From: Barthelona sp. PCE
Lineage: Eukaryota
Assembly (NCBI GenBank): GCA_040285745.1
Contig: JAUFOR010000008.1
Span: 1,736,001 to 1,800,000 of the forward strand
DNA: 64,000 nucleotides
Reading direction: 5' to 3'
The notes under the pieces are model-generated. The model was not told where the DNA came from. It worked only from the letters and a program-made list of their open reading frames with translations, and did not search any database. Both the position numbers and the translations under genes were made by a program. Numbering within the stretch: position 1 is the stretch's first letter; the number at the start of each line of letters is the position of its first letter. Positions 1 to 9,740 of the stretch are shown here, one piece after another.

Positions 1-351
1 AGTGATGAACAGTGTCTAAAAAGAAGGTGATAGAAGGATGAGTATTGCCGGCATAGTTTTTTTTAGCATGCGGTTAACACGTCATGTTGAATAGTCATAA
101 TTGCCACAACAAACCTGATTTATACCATAATCCAAGAAAACAAAAAGTGGAATGAGGATAAAAAATTTGAAGAATATATCTGTAACTTTTTTGCGATCTA
201 GCAGGACTTTAGAAGTTCAAAAATTAGTTTAAATAAGCAAAGTATGAATTCGTTTAAAAATTGTGTTTTCTCTTATTCCACCTCCATCTAGAACTTCTAG
301 AACAGTAGACTTTATTGTTTATTCTTTTTTAAACAGGTAAAAACACATAAA

Positions 352-1155
352 ATGAGCGAGGGTCGAGATCCAACAATTTTAGCAACGAAAATGTGCCTTA
401 AACAGTGCAAAGACAGACTTAAATCTGCGAAGCACGGGCATTCCCTTTTGAAGAAGAAGGCTGATGCGCTCACACTTCGATATCGTGAGGTACAGCGGGA
501 GATTGAAAAAGCCAAGTTAGAATTGGAAGATGCACACAGTACTGCAAAAGAACGTTACGCAGAGATGACATTCAGGGCCGACAGTAATATTACACACTTT
601 TTGGAACAACAGGTTGGTTCAGCTTCAACAAAAGTGACATCAAAACTTGTACATGTCGCTGGTGTTGTTTTGCCTCGTTTTGAGGTCCAAACAGATAGCC
701 TGGGTACAACATCAGAGCTGTCTGCGCTTCAGAAGGGTGGTGAACAAATCAGAGAGTGCAAGAAGGAGTATTTCAGAATGCTTGAATATGCAGTTCGTGT
801 TGCAGCTCTTCAAAAGAGTTACAAGATCTTGAATGAGGTCATTAAGCAAACAAACAGGCGTGTTAATGCGATCGAGAACGTCATTATCCCGAGGTTGGAT
901 GCAACCATTCATTATATCAAGGGAGAGATTGACGAAATGGCTAGAGAGGATTTCTTTAGGCTTAAGAAGGTACAGAAGGCTGCAAAGATTCGTCAAGAGA
1001 AGGAACATGAAGAACGAAGATTGCGTGAAGAAAAACGTCTTGCTGAAGAAAAGCTCAGACTTGAGAACATGGAAGACGTGGAATCTAGCAATGAGGATCA
1101 GGAAATAACCACAGATGAAGATGAATCTGACTTTGACGATATGATTATTGTTTAG
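352..1155 (+). CDS. ATP6V1D: V-type ATPase subunit D
   Basis: Motifs GHSLLKKKADAL, VAGVVLPRF, IKQTNRRVNAIENVIIPR and REDFFRLKKVQ; acidic C-terminal tail. Confidence 0.96.
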   Translation: MSEGRDPTILATKMCLKQCKDRLKSAKHGHSLLKKKADALTLRYREVQREIEKAKLELEDAHSTAKERYAEMTFRADSNITHFLEQQVGSASTKVTSKLVHVAGVVLPRFEVQTDSLGTTSELSALQKGGEQIRECKKEYFRMLEYAVRVAALQKSYKILNEVIKQTNRRVNAIENVIIPRLDATIHYIKGEIDEMAREDFFRLKKVQKAAKIRQEKEHEERRLREEKRLAEEKLRLENMEDVESSNEDQEITTDEDESDFDDMIIV

Positions 1156-1423
1156 TTATCGAATAGTAAAGAATTAGTGTTTTTTATTGATACTGTGAGG
1201 CTTTTTTTGCGTAGTAATAAGGTTAAACAAGTATGAATAACCATATACGCAATATGTGTTCAGATGTGAAATAGAAGCACTCAAGTTTAAGCATTTCAAC
1301 AAAATTTGCTGGCTCTATAGCCTCGTCTGCATATTACATATGTGTGTCTACTAATGATGAAGCTTGAACTGGGTGCTATTTGAATTACGCCCTTATACTT
1401 CTCGTTTTTGTGTTTTCATTGTG

Positions 1424-2551
1424 ATGGAAGTCCACGAAGCGCACGAGACAGAGCCACAGTCGCCAGAGATCGAAAAGATAGAGGAGACTCTTGAACCAGC
1501 AGTTCAAACCGAAGAACCTGAGCAGGAAGCCAAGAAAGTCATTCCAGAGGTAAAACCAGTCACAAAACCAGAGCCTGTAAGCAACCCAGATGATCGCAAA
1601 GTGATAGACGTTGATCAAAGTAGAGAAGAGTATTATTCTTCCCTCTCAGAAGTATTACCTGCCGAAAAAATGCCTTCAGTAACCCTAAAGAGCGGATACC
1701 AGATGCCCAAATTAGCTTTTGGCACATATAAACTTCGAGGTGAGAGTTGTTATATGGCTGTTCGGAGTGCTTTGAAGATTGGCTTCCGCCATTTCGACAC
1801 TGGTTCCTTTTACGAGAATGAAGAAGCCTTGGGTCAAGCAATCAGAGATTCAGGTGTTCCAAGAGAGGAGATTTTTGTAACTAGCAAAATTTGGAGAGAT
1901 GCCATGACTGAAGAGAAAGCAGAGACTGCAGTTGAAGACATTGTCCGTCGCCTCGGTATCGAGTATGTTGATCTTATCCTTATTCATTACCCTTCGCCAT
2001 GCGATGATTTCCAGCCCAGTCTTTTTAACGTTCACTCCAAAGTTGATTGTTCTAAGGCACGTAAAGACGCCTGGAGGGGCCTCGAGAAGGCAGCGAGCCA
2101 CGGATGGGTCCGCAGTATTGGTGTCAGCAACTTTGAGCTTCGTCATTTGGAGGATATCTTGACAATGAATAGGTTGCCAGTTTGTGTGAATCAGATAGAA
2201 GGACATCCGTATTACCACCCACTCGCATCACTCAAGACGTTCTGCAGCGACAAGAGAATTGTTGTTCAGAATCACACAGCTTGTAGTCGTGGGCAAGCAG
2301 TCACCGATCCAATTATAGGAGAAATTGCCATTGAGATGAATGTTAAACCAATTAGTGTAATTTTACAGTGGGCAATGGGCTCAAATATGTGTCCTGTTAT
2401 CAGAGCTAGTTCACATGATCATATGGTTGACGCTATTCAATCTATTGCTGAGTATGAAGAGGCACCCATGTCCACAAATTTCACAGTGCTCTTGGATACA
2501 CTTGACCTTGGCATGCGTTGCACCCGTTTGAAACCCGACACTGTACCTTAA
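1424..2551 (+). CDS. Aldo/keto reductase with acidic N-terminal extension
   Basis: AKR motifs MPKLAFGTY, GFRHFDTG-FY-NE, REEIFVTSKIW, YVDLILIHYP and RSIGVSNF. The first ATG is at 1424; the ORF track starts at a TTG (1364). Confidence 0.92.
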   Translation: MEVHEAHETEPQSPEIEKIEETLEPAVQTEEPEQEAKKVIPEVKPVTKPEPVSNPDDRKVIDVDQSREEYYSSLSEVLPAEKMPSVTLKSGYQMPKLAFGTYKLRGESCYMAVRSALKIGFRHFDTGSFYENEEALGQAIRDSGVPREEIFVTSKIWRDAMTEEKAETAVEDIVRRLGIEYVDLILIHYPSPCDDFQPSLFNVHSKVDCSKARKDAWRGLEKAASHGWVRSIGVSNFELRHLEDILTMNRLPVCVNQIEGHPYYHPLASLKTFCSDKRIVVQNHTACSRGQAVTDPIIGEIAIEMNVKPISVILQWAMGSNMCPVIRASSHDHMVDAIQSIAEYEEAPMSTNFTVLLDTLDLGMRCTRLKPDTVP

Positions 2552-2594
2552 CCTCTTTCGCAATAAATGTACGTTTAAAAACATTTTTACAGAT

Positions 2595-4277
2595 TTACAA
2601 AGACTTTACCAAATCTTCAAGATTTTGAAGGATTTCTATAATAATATCGGGTCGTTCTCCTTCAATGACACCCTTAATTTCATCTTTTGAAAGTTCAAAA
2701 CTCAATGTCTTAAAGATACTCGTAAGAATCCTCCAGTTATGACGACTGTTCTTCCCTCCAGGGAAAAACGTTGTGTTACCCACCAGCTGTGGGATTCGCT
2801 TCTTGATAATAGCCCCAATGATGAAGCCATCCTTCATCAGGGTGTGATTCTTGGCGGGATCCTTACTGACTCTAAATCTCAAATCTTTCAACCAGGCTAC
2901 AGTACTCTCTGACAAATATAAGGGGAGACGCTTTCGTCTCTTTCGCGCAGTTTGATGCAGTCCACCAACAAGTCCAGCTGTGACGGTTGGCTTTTGGGGT
3001 TCTTGCGTTTTGGGGAGTTGGGGAGGAATGTGGGCACGTGAAGAATGTGTGGGATGCGAGGGTGGGAGCCTGTTGCTGGCTCCTGTTTTATGGAAAGAAG
3101 GACTGTTTCCAACAGCTTGTACAGGTGATACATGTGTGAACACCTCTTCTTCTTGATGCTTTTCAGCAAACACACTGAGAGTGCTTACAGGACGCTGTGG
3201 TGGGCTTACGGTTGATATGACTTTAGCAGATTGAACACGTTTTGCACCACTTGCAGGACGACGTCGGCGATCGATATGAGAGTCTTTTTTCTGCTCTAAA
3301 CGCTTTCTAGCGCTCACAAGCTGTGGTATGCTTGGTCTGCGACGTAAAATAGGCTTTTTCATTGGATAAGAATACTTCTCTTTGTTATACACTTTGCTAT
3401 CCGGATTTAAACCCAGTTTATCATCAATTACATCAAGGCTTTGTTCCAATCGGCGCTCCTGCTCTGCAATTTGCGAGAGTTCTTTCTTTGTTACAGTACT
3501 TATAGGTCTTTTCTTTCGTTTTTCAATTCTCCTCTTCCGTTCTTCAGCAGCTTCTTTTTCAGCTTGTTCAGCCTGAATTCGCTTTTCCAATTCAGCAAAT
3601 TCCATCGTCTCTTTGCCAATTTGAGGCTGTGAATCAGATGGCTGTATGTCAATCACACTTTCACTCTCAAATAACAATGTTCGCCTGGGATCTTCTTCTG
3701 TTTCTGACTTTTTGTCTGACTTCTTCGCTATCTCAGTGAACTCCGGGTCAGACATTAATGAAAACGTATCCTCATCCCTTTTAAAACGTGTAAAATTACT
3801 TAAACGAGATATTGGTCTGCTACGTACTGAATGGCGTGTGCTTGCTGGAGACATATGGTGAGCTGCTGTTGGCGCAGACAGCGCGGGCTCGTATCTTTCA
3901 GCTGAAATAACACTTTCTGGAGGCAATGGAACATCGTTAACAGCGAAAACGTTTGTAGATGTTCCTGTGAATCTCAGGTTGCGTCTCTCGGTCGCTGGCT
4001 GATATTCCGACGCTCTCCTGTTGCGCGGAGTAGAAGCTCCTTTGAACGTACGCCGCACACGATGAGTAACATAATCGTTACGCTTCTTCTTTGCCAACAG
4101 GGCCTCAGAGCGCCTTCGCTGCTCTTCCTTTTCCTGCTTAAGCTGACGTTGTTTCATTGCGCGACGTCGTGCGGCAGCTTCACGCTTAATTTGATCCATT
4201 TTGTTATCTTCGAGCTTACGCTTGTGCTTAGCCTGCTCTTCGGCTTTCTTGAGTCTATTCTGCAATGAATAAACCAT
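2595..4277 (-). CDS. Basic coiled-coil protein with C-terminal SPEF1/CH_2-type calponin-homology domain (probable microtubule/flagellar protein)
   Basis: 560-aa ORF. The C-terminus (WL..L, MKDGFIIGAII, NW-IL, LSKDEIKGVIEG-PDIIIEIL) resembles SPEF1-type CH domains. Confidence 0.6.
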   Translation of the reverse strand: MVYSLQNRLKKAEEQAKHKRKLEDNKMDQIKREAAARRRAMKQRQLKQEKEEQRRRSEALLAKKKRNDYVTHRVRRTFKGASTPRNRRASEYQPATERRNLRFTGTSTNVFAVNDVPLPPESVISAERYEPALSAPTAAHHMSPASTRHSVRSRPISRLSNFTRFKRDEDTFSLMSDPEFTEIAKKSDKKSETEEDPRRTLLFESESVIDIQPSDSQPQIGKETMEFAELEKRIQAEQAEKEAAEERKRRIEKRKKRPISTVTKKELSQIAEQERRLEQSLDVIDDKLGLNPDSKVYNKEKYSYPMKKPILRRRPSIPQLVSARKRLEQKKDSHIDRRRRPASGAKRVQSAKVISTVSPPQRPVSTLSVFAEKHQEEEVFTHVSPVQAVGNSPSFHKTGASNRLPPSHPTHSSRAHIPPQLPKTQEPQKPTVTAGLVGGLHQTARKRRKRLPLYLSESTVAWLKDLRFRVSKDPAKNHTLMKDGFIIGAIIKKRIPQLVGNTTFFPGGKNSRHNWRILTSIFKTLSFELSKDEIKGVIEGERPDIIIEILQNLEDLVKSL

Positions 4278-4335
4278 TACATGCGTATTATGCTTGAAGC
4301 AAGAATTAATTCAGAAAACAAGTAATTTACAAATC

Positions 4336-7212
4336 CTAGGGTTTAGGGGTCATCAACGGATCAGCTATCTTCTCCGAGCGAGCCAATGATGATTGTAATG
4401 TAGTTTTTGAGAACATGTTCTTTGACTGAGATTCAAGACGAGCAATGTGATGCCTCCTCATAAATCCTACCGCATCTGCTGCGTGTTCTTGTAACTTGGT
4501 GCTTGCTGAGCCTATTAACTTAACTAAATATGGAACAGCACCTGCACGATGTAACTCATGTGCATTGCTAGCGCATTTTGCCAACTGAGAAATGGCTTCA
4601 ACACATGTGAGGTGAACTTTAACGTCATCGCACTTGAGGTACTCAACCAAGTGCGGAATCACTGCGATTTGACCAAACACGACTCTGTTCGTTGGGAGGT
4701 TGCAGACTGATGCAATGGAAGCGCATAGATGCTGTCTGACCTTGTTGTTCTTGGTGTTGCACAATGCAGCCAAAAGAGGAACGACTCCGTCCTCCGTAAT
4801 GACCAACAAATTCTCCATATTGGAAGCAACCTTTGCAAGGGCGGCGCATGTATTGGCGAGGACATCATCGTGTGTTGATGTCAACAGTGATATGAGCATC
4901 TCAATACCACCAACGAAACAACGTCCGACAGTGGATACATTCTGAGGATTATCCAGCAGAGGGACTATGGCACCTGCAGCATTTGCCTGAACACGGTGGT
5001 CATCACTTTTCAGATGAGACCAAAGGAGACGCATACCATCGAGTTCTGATACAATACGTGCGGACTCTGGGTGCTGTGAACACTGACAGAGTGCATCGGT
5101 TACGTTGACAAGCACAGCACTATCTGTGGACAGCAAGAGTTTGATCAACAATGGGAGACCACCACCGTCACGGACAGCATTGGATCCTGCATCGATACGT
5201 GCAATATTGGCAATTGCAGCTGAGGCTCTGATCTTCACACGATCGCGGCCAGTGGTCAGTAAACGTACGAGAACAGGGACGGCCTTCAGCTCGATTAGAC
5301 TACGTGCATTTTCTTCGTTCGCAGCAGCCTGCCATACCGCACCAACAACGTTTGCCATTCTCTCTGGATCATTGGACGATGTCTGAAGCAACTGAACAAG
5401 GGGTTCGAGACCTTCACGCTGCCTCAGCAACACACGCACGTTTTCATCGTGAAGCATGTTGAATAGGGCACCTGCGGATACGGTACGAGCTTCCTCTTGC
5501 ACGTCTTCGCTCAGGTAGCCAATCATATGGCTTACAGAATCTCTCTCGCTAATGACTCGCCTGGAGTTGGGCTCGTTGGCACACTGCATCAGGGCGCCAG
5601 CAACTGGCATCATCAGCTCTGCCTTTAACTTGGGAATAGCAAATATATCGCAGAGAGACACAACACCGCCTCTCTTTCTGAATATCTCCCTGTTCTTCGA
5701 GTTCTTACACATGTTCCAACACGCTGTAGCACTTGCAGAAAGTAACTTGACGTGTAGCTCGTCCATCTCTGAAAAATCAGTTGCGTTAGGATCTCTTTTG
5801 TGCAACAAGTGGATCAGGAATTGCATTCCCTTTGTTTGGCGCATTTCTCTACGGTTGGTTGCATTGTTCTTACATGAAGCACCAAGTGCAAGAGCGATTG
5901 CGGTCAATAAACGAATCTTCTGCTCGTACGATGAACAGCGCTGTGAAATGTTTGTGATGAGTTCCATTATGGTGTTAACACCATGTAAATGAGCTATTCT
6001 ATACTGAATCAGAGGGTAAACTGCAACTTCACTGAGAATCTCGCATATGGCAATTTGAGAACGAGCATCGGGAGCCTTGAGCAAGTTGAGCAACAGATCG
6101 ATACCCTGGAATTCAAGGATAGCAACCTGAGCACGTTCACTCTTCAGATTGATTTCTTCTAAGAACGACAGCGCAGCAGCGATTGTTGCTGTTGTTGTTG
6201 TATCACGCATACTATCAATAAGACGAGAAATTGCGTGTGCCTCAGGGATCGAATCGAGGTGAACCTTGTTGAGGTTAATCATGAGCTCGTCATAGTCATA
6301 GCCATCATCCTCGTCGCTGTCCATTTCAACTTCACGAACAATTTCATCATCAATGATTGCTTCACTCTCCGTTTCAACTGTTTTTGCTTCAACGTCAATG
6401 GGAAAGAAGTTGGTTGATGTGTCGACGTCCTCATCGTCAGGGATGGTCGCGAGTGGAGAGAGAACTGTGTCTTCTGCAATGAGATTTGTGATGTGGTGAT
6501 GTGATCCGAGACGTTTGCTTTTTGCAATAGATGCAGAACGTGTTCTGTTAATTCGCTCTGTGGTCTTACGGACTGAAGGGGACATAGATTTCATCGAGGC
6601 AGATGAAGAACGTGATGGAATACCTTGTGACATGATGCTGACAACTGAAGAACGACGGATAGCATTTGTAACAGCCTTAACGGTACGGGGATCAGAAGCA
6701 AAGTCACTTGAGACCTCACCTATTGTGGAATTAAGATCACCATATCGATCTCCTACCTCTTTGAATTTAACAAAATCTTTAGTTCTGTAAACACCATCAT
6801 TTGTGACAACAATGTTGATTGGCTTGCTCACATCGCTGCATACAGCAACAACATATGCTAAATCACCTAAGTTTCGTCGGGCTCGTGGAGGATGTGGTTT
6901 TCCAGCCGAAAAGAAATCGGGATGGTAATCTAAGGATACAAGCGGCCCTTCTTCGTCGCAGATTTTCTGTAGCGCTGATAATTCGCTCTGAATTCGATTG
7001 AGAACCTGTTGGGAATTTGGTTCGAGTCTGGATGGCGGCCTAGAACCTATAGGAACATCTTTTTGCGCCGCCTTGAAATCTAACATCTCTTGTTTAACTG
7101 TTTCTGTGGTCATCGGAGCTGGCTAAACGTAAGAAAAAAATGGTATTCAACAAATATGCGGAAAACATACACTTGGGGTGCCCACTGGACTTGTAACACC
7201 TTCTTGAGACAT
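4336..7212 (-). CDS. ODAD2: Armadillo-repeat outer dynein arm docking protein-like; join(4336..7122,7171..7212), 942 aa
   Basis: Many ARM repeats with ARMC4-like segments (DGMRLLWSHLKS, VGRCFVGGIEMLISLL, NLLVITEDGVVPLL, LHRAGAVPYLV). A 14-codon upstream exon (MSQEGVTSPVGTPS) splices in frame. Confidence 0.82.
7123..7170 (-). other. Spliceosomal intron, 48 nt, phase 0
   Basis: Reads GTATGT...TCTTACGTTTAG on the minus strand and contains an in-frame TGA. Removal joins ATG 7212 to the ARM ORF. Confidence 0.85.
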
Positions 7213-7646
7213 TATTACAATGTTTAAAACGTTTTAAACTGTGAAGAAAGGGATATAAAGCCGAAAACAAAATTATTCAGATTTTGAAGCTTCTCATGCG
7301 GTGAACACTGTCTATATTGAGCCGACACCGTGTATTTTATATAGAATATTTTATATATCTTCATTGCTATTACCGGCACAATTCATATTTGTGCAATTGC
7401 ATTAAAAAGTATTATATGGCGACTTAGTTACTTTAATAGACTAAATGTAGGGGTTATAGGTGGCTAAAGATTCAATTTATGGTTTTGTTTGACTCTTTAG
7501 TTCTGTACATTTGGTATGTTCTTATTTAGCAGTATATGCTGTTTGTGCACGCCAAATTATTCAGATTATATTACTTGAACCAATAATTATTTTATTTTGA
7601 TACGTCAAAATGAGAACCATATTCAACATTTGCACTTCTTTCAAAG

Positions 7647-9716
7647 ATGCCTATAAAAGTTGACCGGGGACTAAATTTGGTTGTTCGGCGGGTTATTGAT
7701 AATGAATTTACAGAAAACGAAGGTACTATCTATTTTAATGGTGGTTGTGGTGCTGATATATTTGATGGCTTAAGAGAACCGATTTATTCGCTAGAAGAAG
7801 AGTTTAAGCCACTATCACACGATTTTGATTCAGCTTTAAGAGTTACTGAAGGCGATAACCGATATTTTATACTTTCACGTTGCGCTTGGGATCATTCTTT
7901 ATATCACACTATTTCTATTAGGGATCAAGAGGACACGGGTGTGAAGGTTGCATTTTATCAGTGGATCAACGATGAGTTTTCATATGTTGGAGTTGATACA
8001 TATACAGATCTCGATATCAATTCAGGATTTATGTTTCTTGATCGTTATACCTTCATTTCTCAATGTAATCGAGAGTGTCACATGTTCTTTTTGGAAGAAT
8101 CAAAAGTCATTAAGAAATTAAATTTGAGATATAGTTTTTTTGGCGCTTTGGGTCAATATTTTTACTTATTAAGTAACACATTCATATACTTAGTGCGAAT
8201 GTCTAGGAGTGAGTTGTTTGAAATGGAAAAATTTACTACACTAGATGTTCATAGTGGTAAAATTTCTGTATTATCATTAGGCAGTGATTATTACCGTAAA
8301 CAAACACTAACAGACTCATTTGTATTTGCAAATTTGTCTCGTGCGAGTAAGGGTTATTACTTCATGTCATTCACTGTAGTATATATGGAAAATGATAAGT
8401 TATGTGCATTGGAATTAATTGATTATTTTCCACTCATTTCAACGTTGGGTAAAGTTGAAGAGGTTGAATTTCTAAAGTTGGAACTCGATAGCCCTCAGAA
8501 GATATTGGTTATGTACGCATCAGTTAATAGTCGAGATTGTTTAATTGTGTTTAAAGGGAAAGAATATCAAATTTTTGATTATTCTTATTTACGATGCCAT
8601 TTTGGAGCTAAGATGCCCTTTTCACGCAACTTTAGTACTTTAAAATCTTACTTAACTCGATACATGTTTTCAAATGATCAACTTATGAAGACAAATTCGG
8701 TATATTGCACTGATAATCTTTTTATTTGCTTTAGATCGAAGTTTCAGTCTATAACATGTGTTTTTAGCACTGGTATGGTTTTTGAAGAGGAAGATCAACT
8801 GATACGATGGGATATTGAAAATAATACCATTTGCAGCACTAGACGCTGGGCTCATTGGTCAAATTGTTTAGAAGACTCAATTGAACTATACAACAGAACG
8901 AGCATACCTCATTATCTCGTCTATCAAGAACAGGAATATCATTTGTGTTGTTATAATATGCAAGATTATGACCCGTCTGATCCAAACAGTGTGGTAACAG
9001 GTTATAATGTTATATTAGACTCGAACATACATTTACTTTCCATTAAGAATGATTCCATTATGTTTTACACAGAACATAATAATGAAGAGATTTTTGTTTT
9101 TGAGTATAACACTATTACGGAGGAGTGCAAGCTACTATTTGATGTTAGAGATAATGATATTTTTATGTGCAAACTTGTTGATGTGGATCGAATCACCATA
9201 TACAAAATGGGAAATAGTCTAAATTATGTGTTTGATGGAGAAAATTGGGTGAGGGATCTCAAACTGAAGTATCACCTCAAAAGAGGTGTGACGACAGTTA
9301 CATTAGATGACGATCAACACATTATATGCGATAGTTTTGTGAAGTCTGTTAATGATAACGTTTCCTTGTTCAGAGGAGGTGCATATTTGATATCGCATGA
9401 AGCCTTTGCCGAAAGACCAGCAGGTTATAAGCTGGTTGATCTGTATGAGTTGGGTATGATGGCTAAATCTGATAATACTTTTGTATTCACCAACGGGTTT
9501 GTTATTGCCAATGTTGATAATGTTGACAATGTCATCCGCCACCACACGTACATCTTTGACGAATCAGGTGGTCTGGTGGAGTCGATCGTGAAAGAAAAGG
9601 ATTTGTACACAGGTTTCAGTGAAGCAACCTACTATGACTTTACTTACGGATTTTTTGAAGACTGTGATCTATCGTACAGAAATTTGCATAGAGTTGATCT
9701 GCAATCGATTGTTTAG
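7647..9716 (+). CDS. Hypothetical protein, aromatic/beta-strand-rich
   Basis: Uninterrupted 689-aa ORF with no recognised motif; looks more AT-rich than its neighbours. Confidence 0.75.
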   Translation: MPIKVDRGLNLVVRRVIDNEFTENEGTIYFNGGCGADIFDGLREPIYSLEEEFKPLSHDFDSALRVTEGDNRYFILSRCAWDHSLYHTISIRDQEDTGVKVAFYQWINDEFSYVGVDTYTDLDINSGFMFLDRYTFISQCNRECHMFFLEESKVIKKLNLRYSFFGALGQYFYLLSNTFIYLVRMSRSELFEMEKFTTLDVHSGKISVLSLGSDYYRKQTLTDSFVFANLSRASKGYYFMSFTVVYMENDKLCALELIDYFPLISTLGKVEEVEFLKLELDSPQKILVMYASVNSRDCLIVFKGKEYQIFDYSYLRCHFGAKMPFSRNFSTLKSYLTRYMFSNDQLMKTNSVYCTDNLFICFRSKFQSITCVFSTGMVFEEEDQLIRWDIENNTICSTRRWAHWSNCLEDSIELYNRTSIPHYLVYQEQEYHLCCYNMQDYDPSDPNSVVTGYNVILDSNIHLLSIKNDSIMFYTEHNNEEIFVFEYNTITEECKLLFDVRDNDIFMCKLVDVDRITIYKMGNSLNYVFDGENWVRDLKLKYHLKRGVTTVTLDDDQHIICDSFVKSVNDNVSLFRGGAYLISHEAFAERPAGYKLVDLYELGMMAKSDNTFVFTNGFVIANVDNVDNVIRHHTYIFDESGGLVESIVKEKDLYTGFSEATYYDFTYGFFEDCDLSYRNLHRVDLQSIV

Positions 9717-9740
9717 TGCTAGATTTTTACTCATGACTCG

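Noticed and set aside
242-336. 5' UTR intron (GTATGA...AAACAG) before V-ATPase D, and an HSE-like TCTAGAACTTCTAGAA at 287-302
   Set aside because: There is no branch box at -8, and the GAA/TTC spacing does not fit the nGAAn periodicity.
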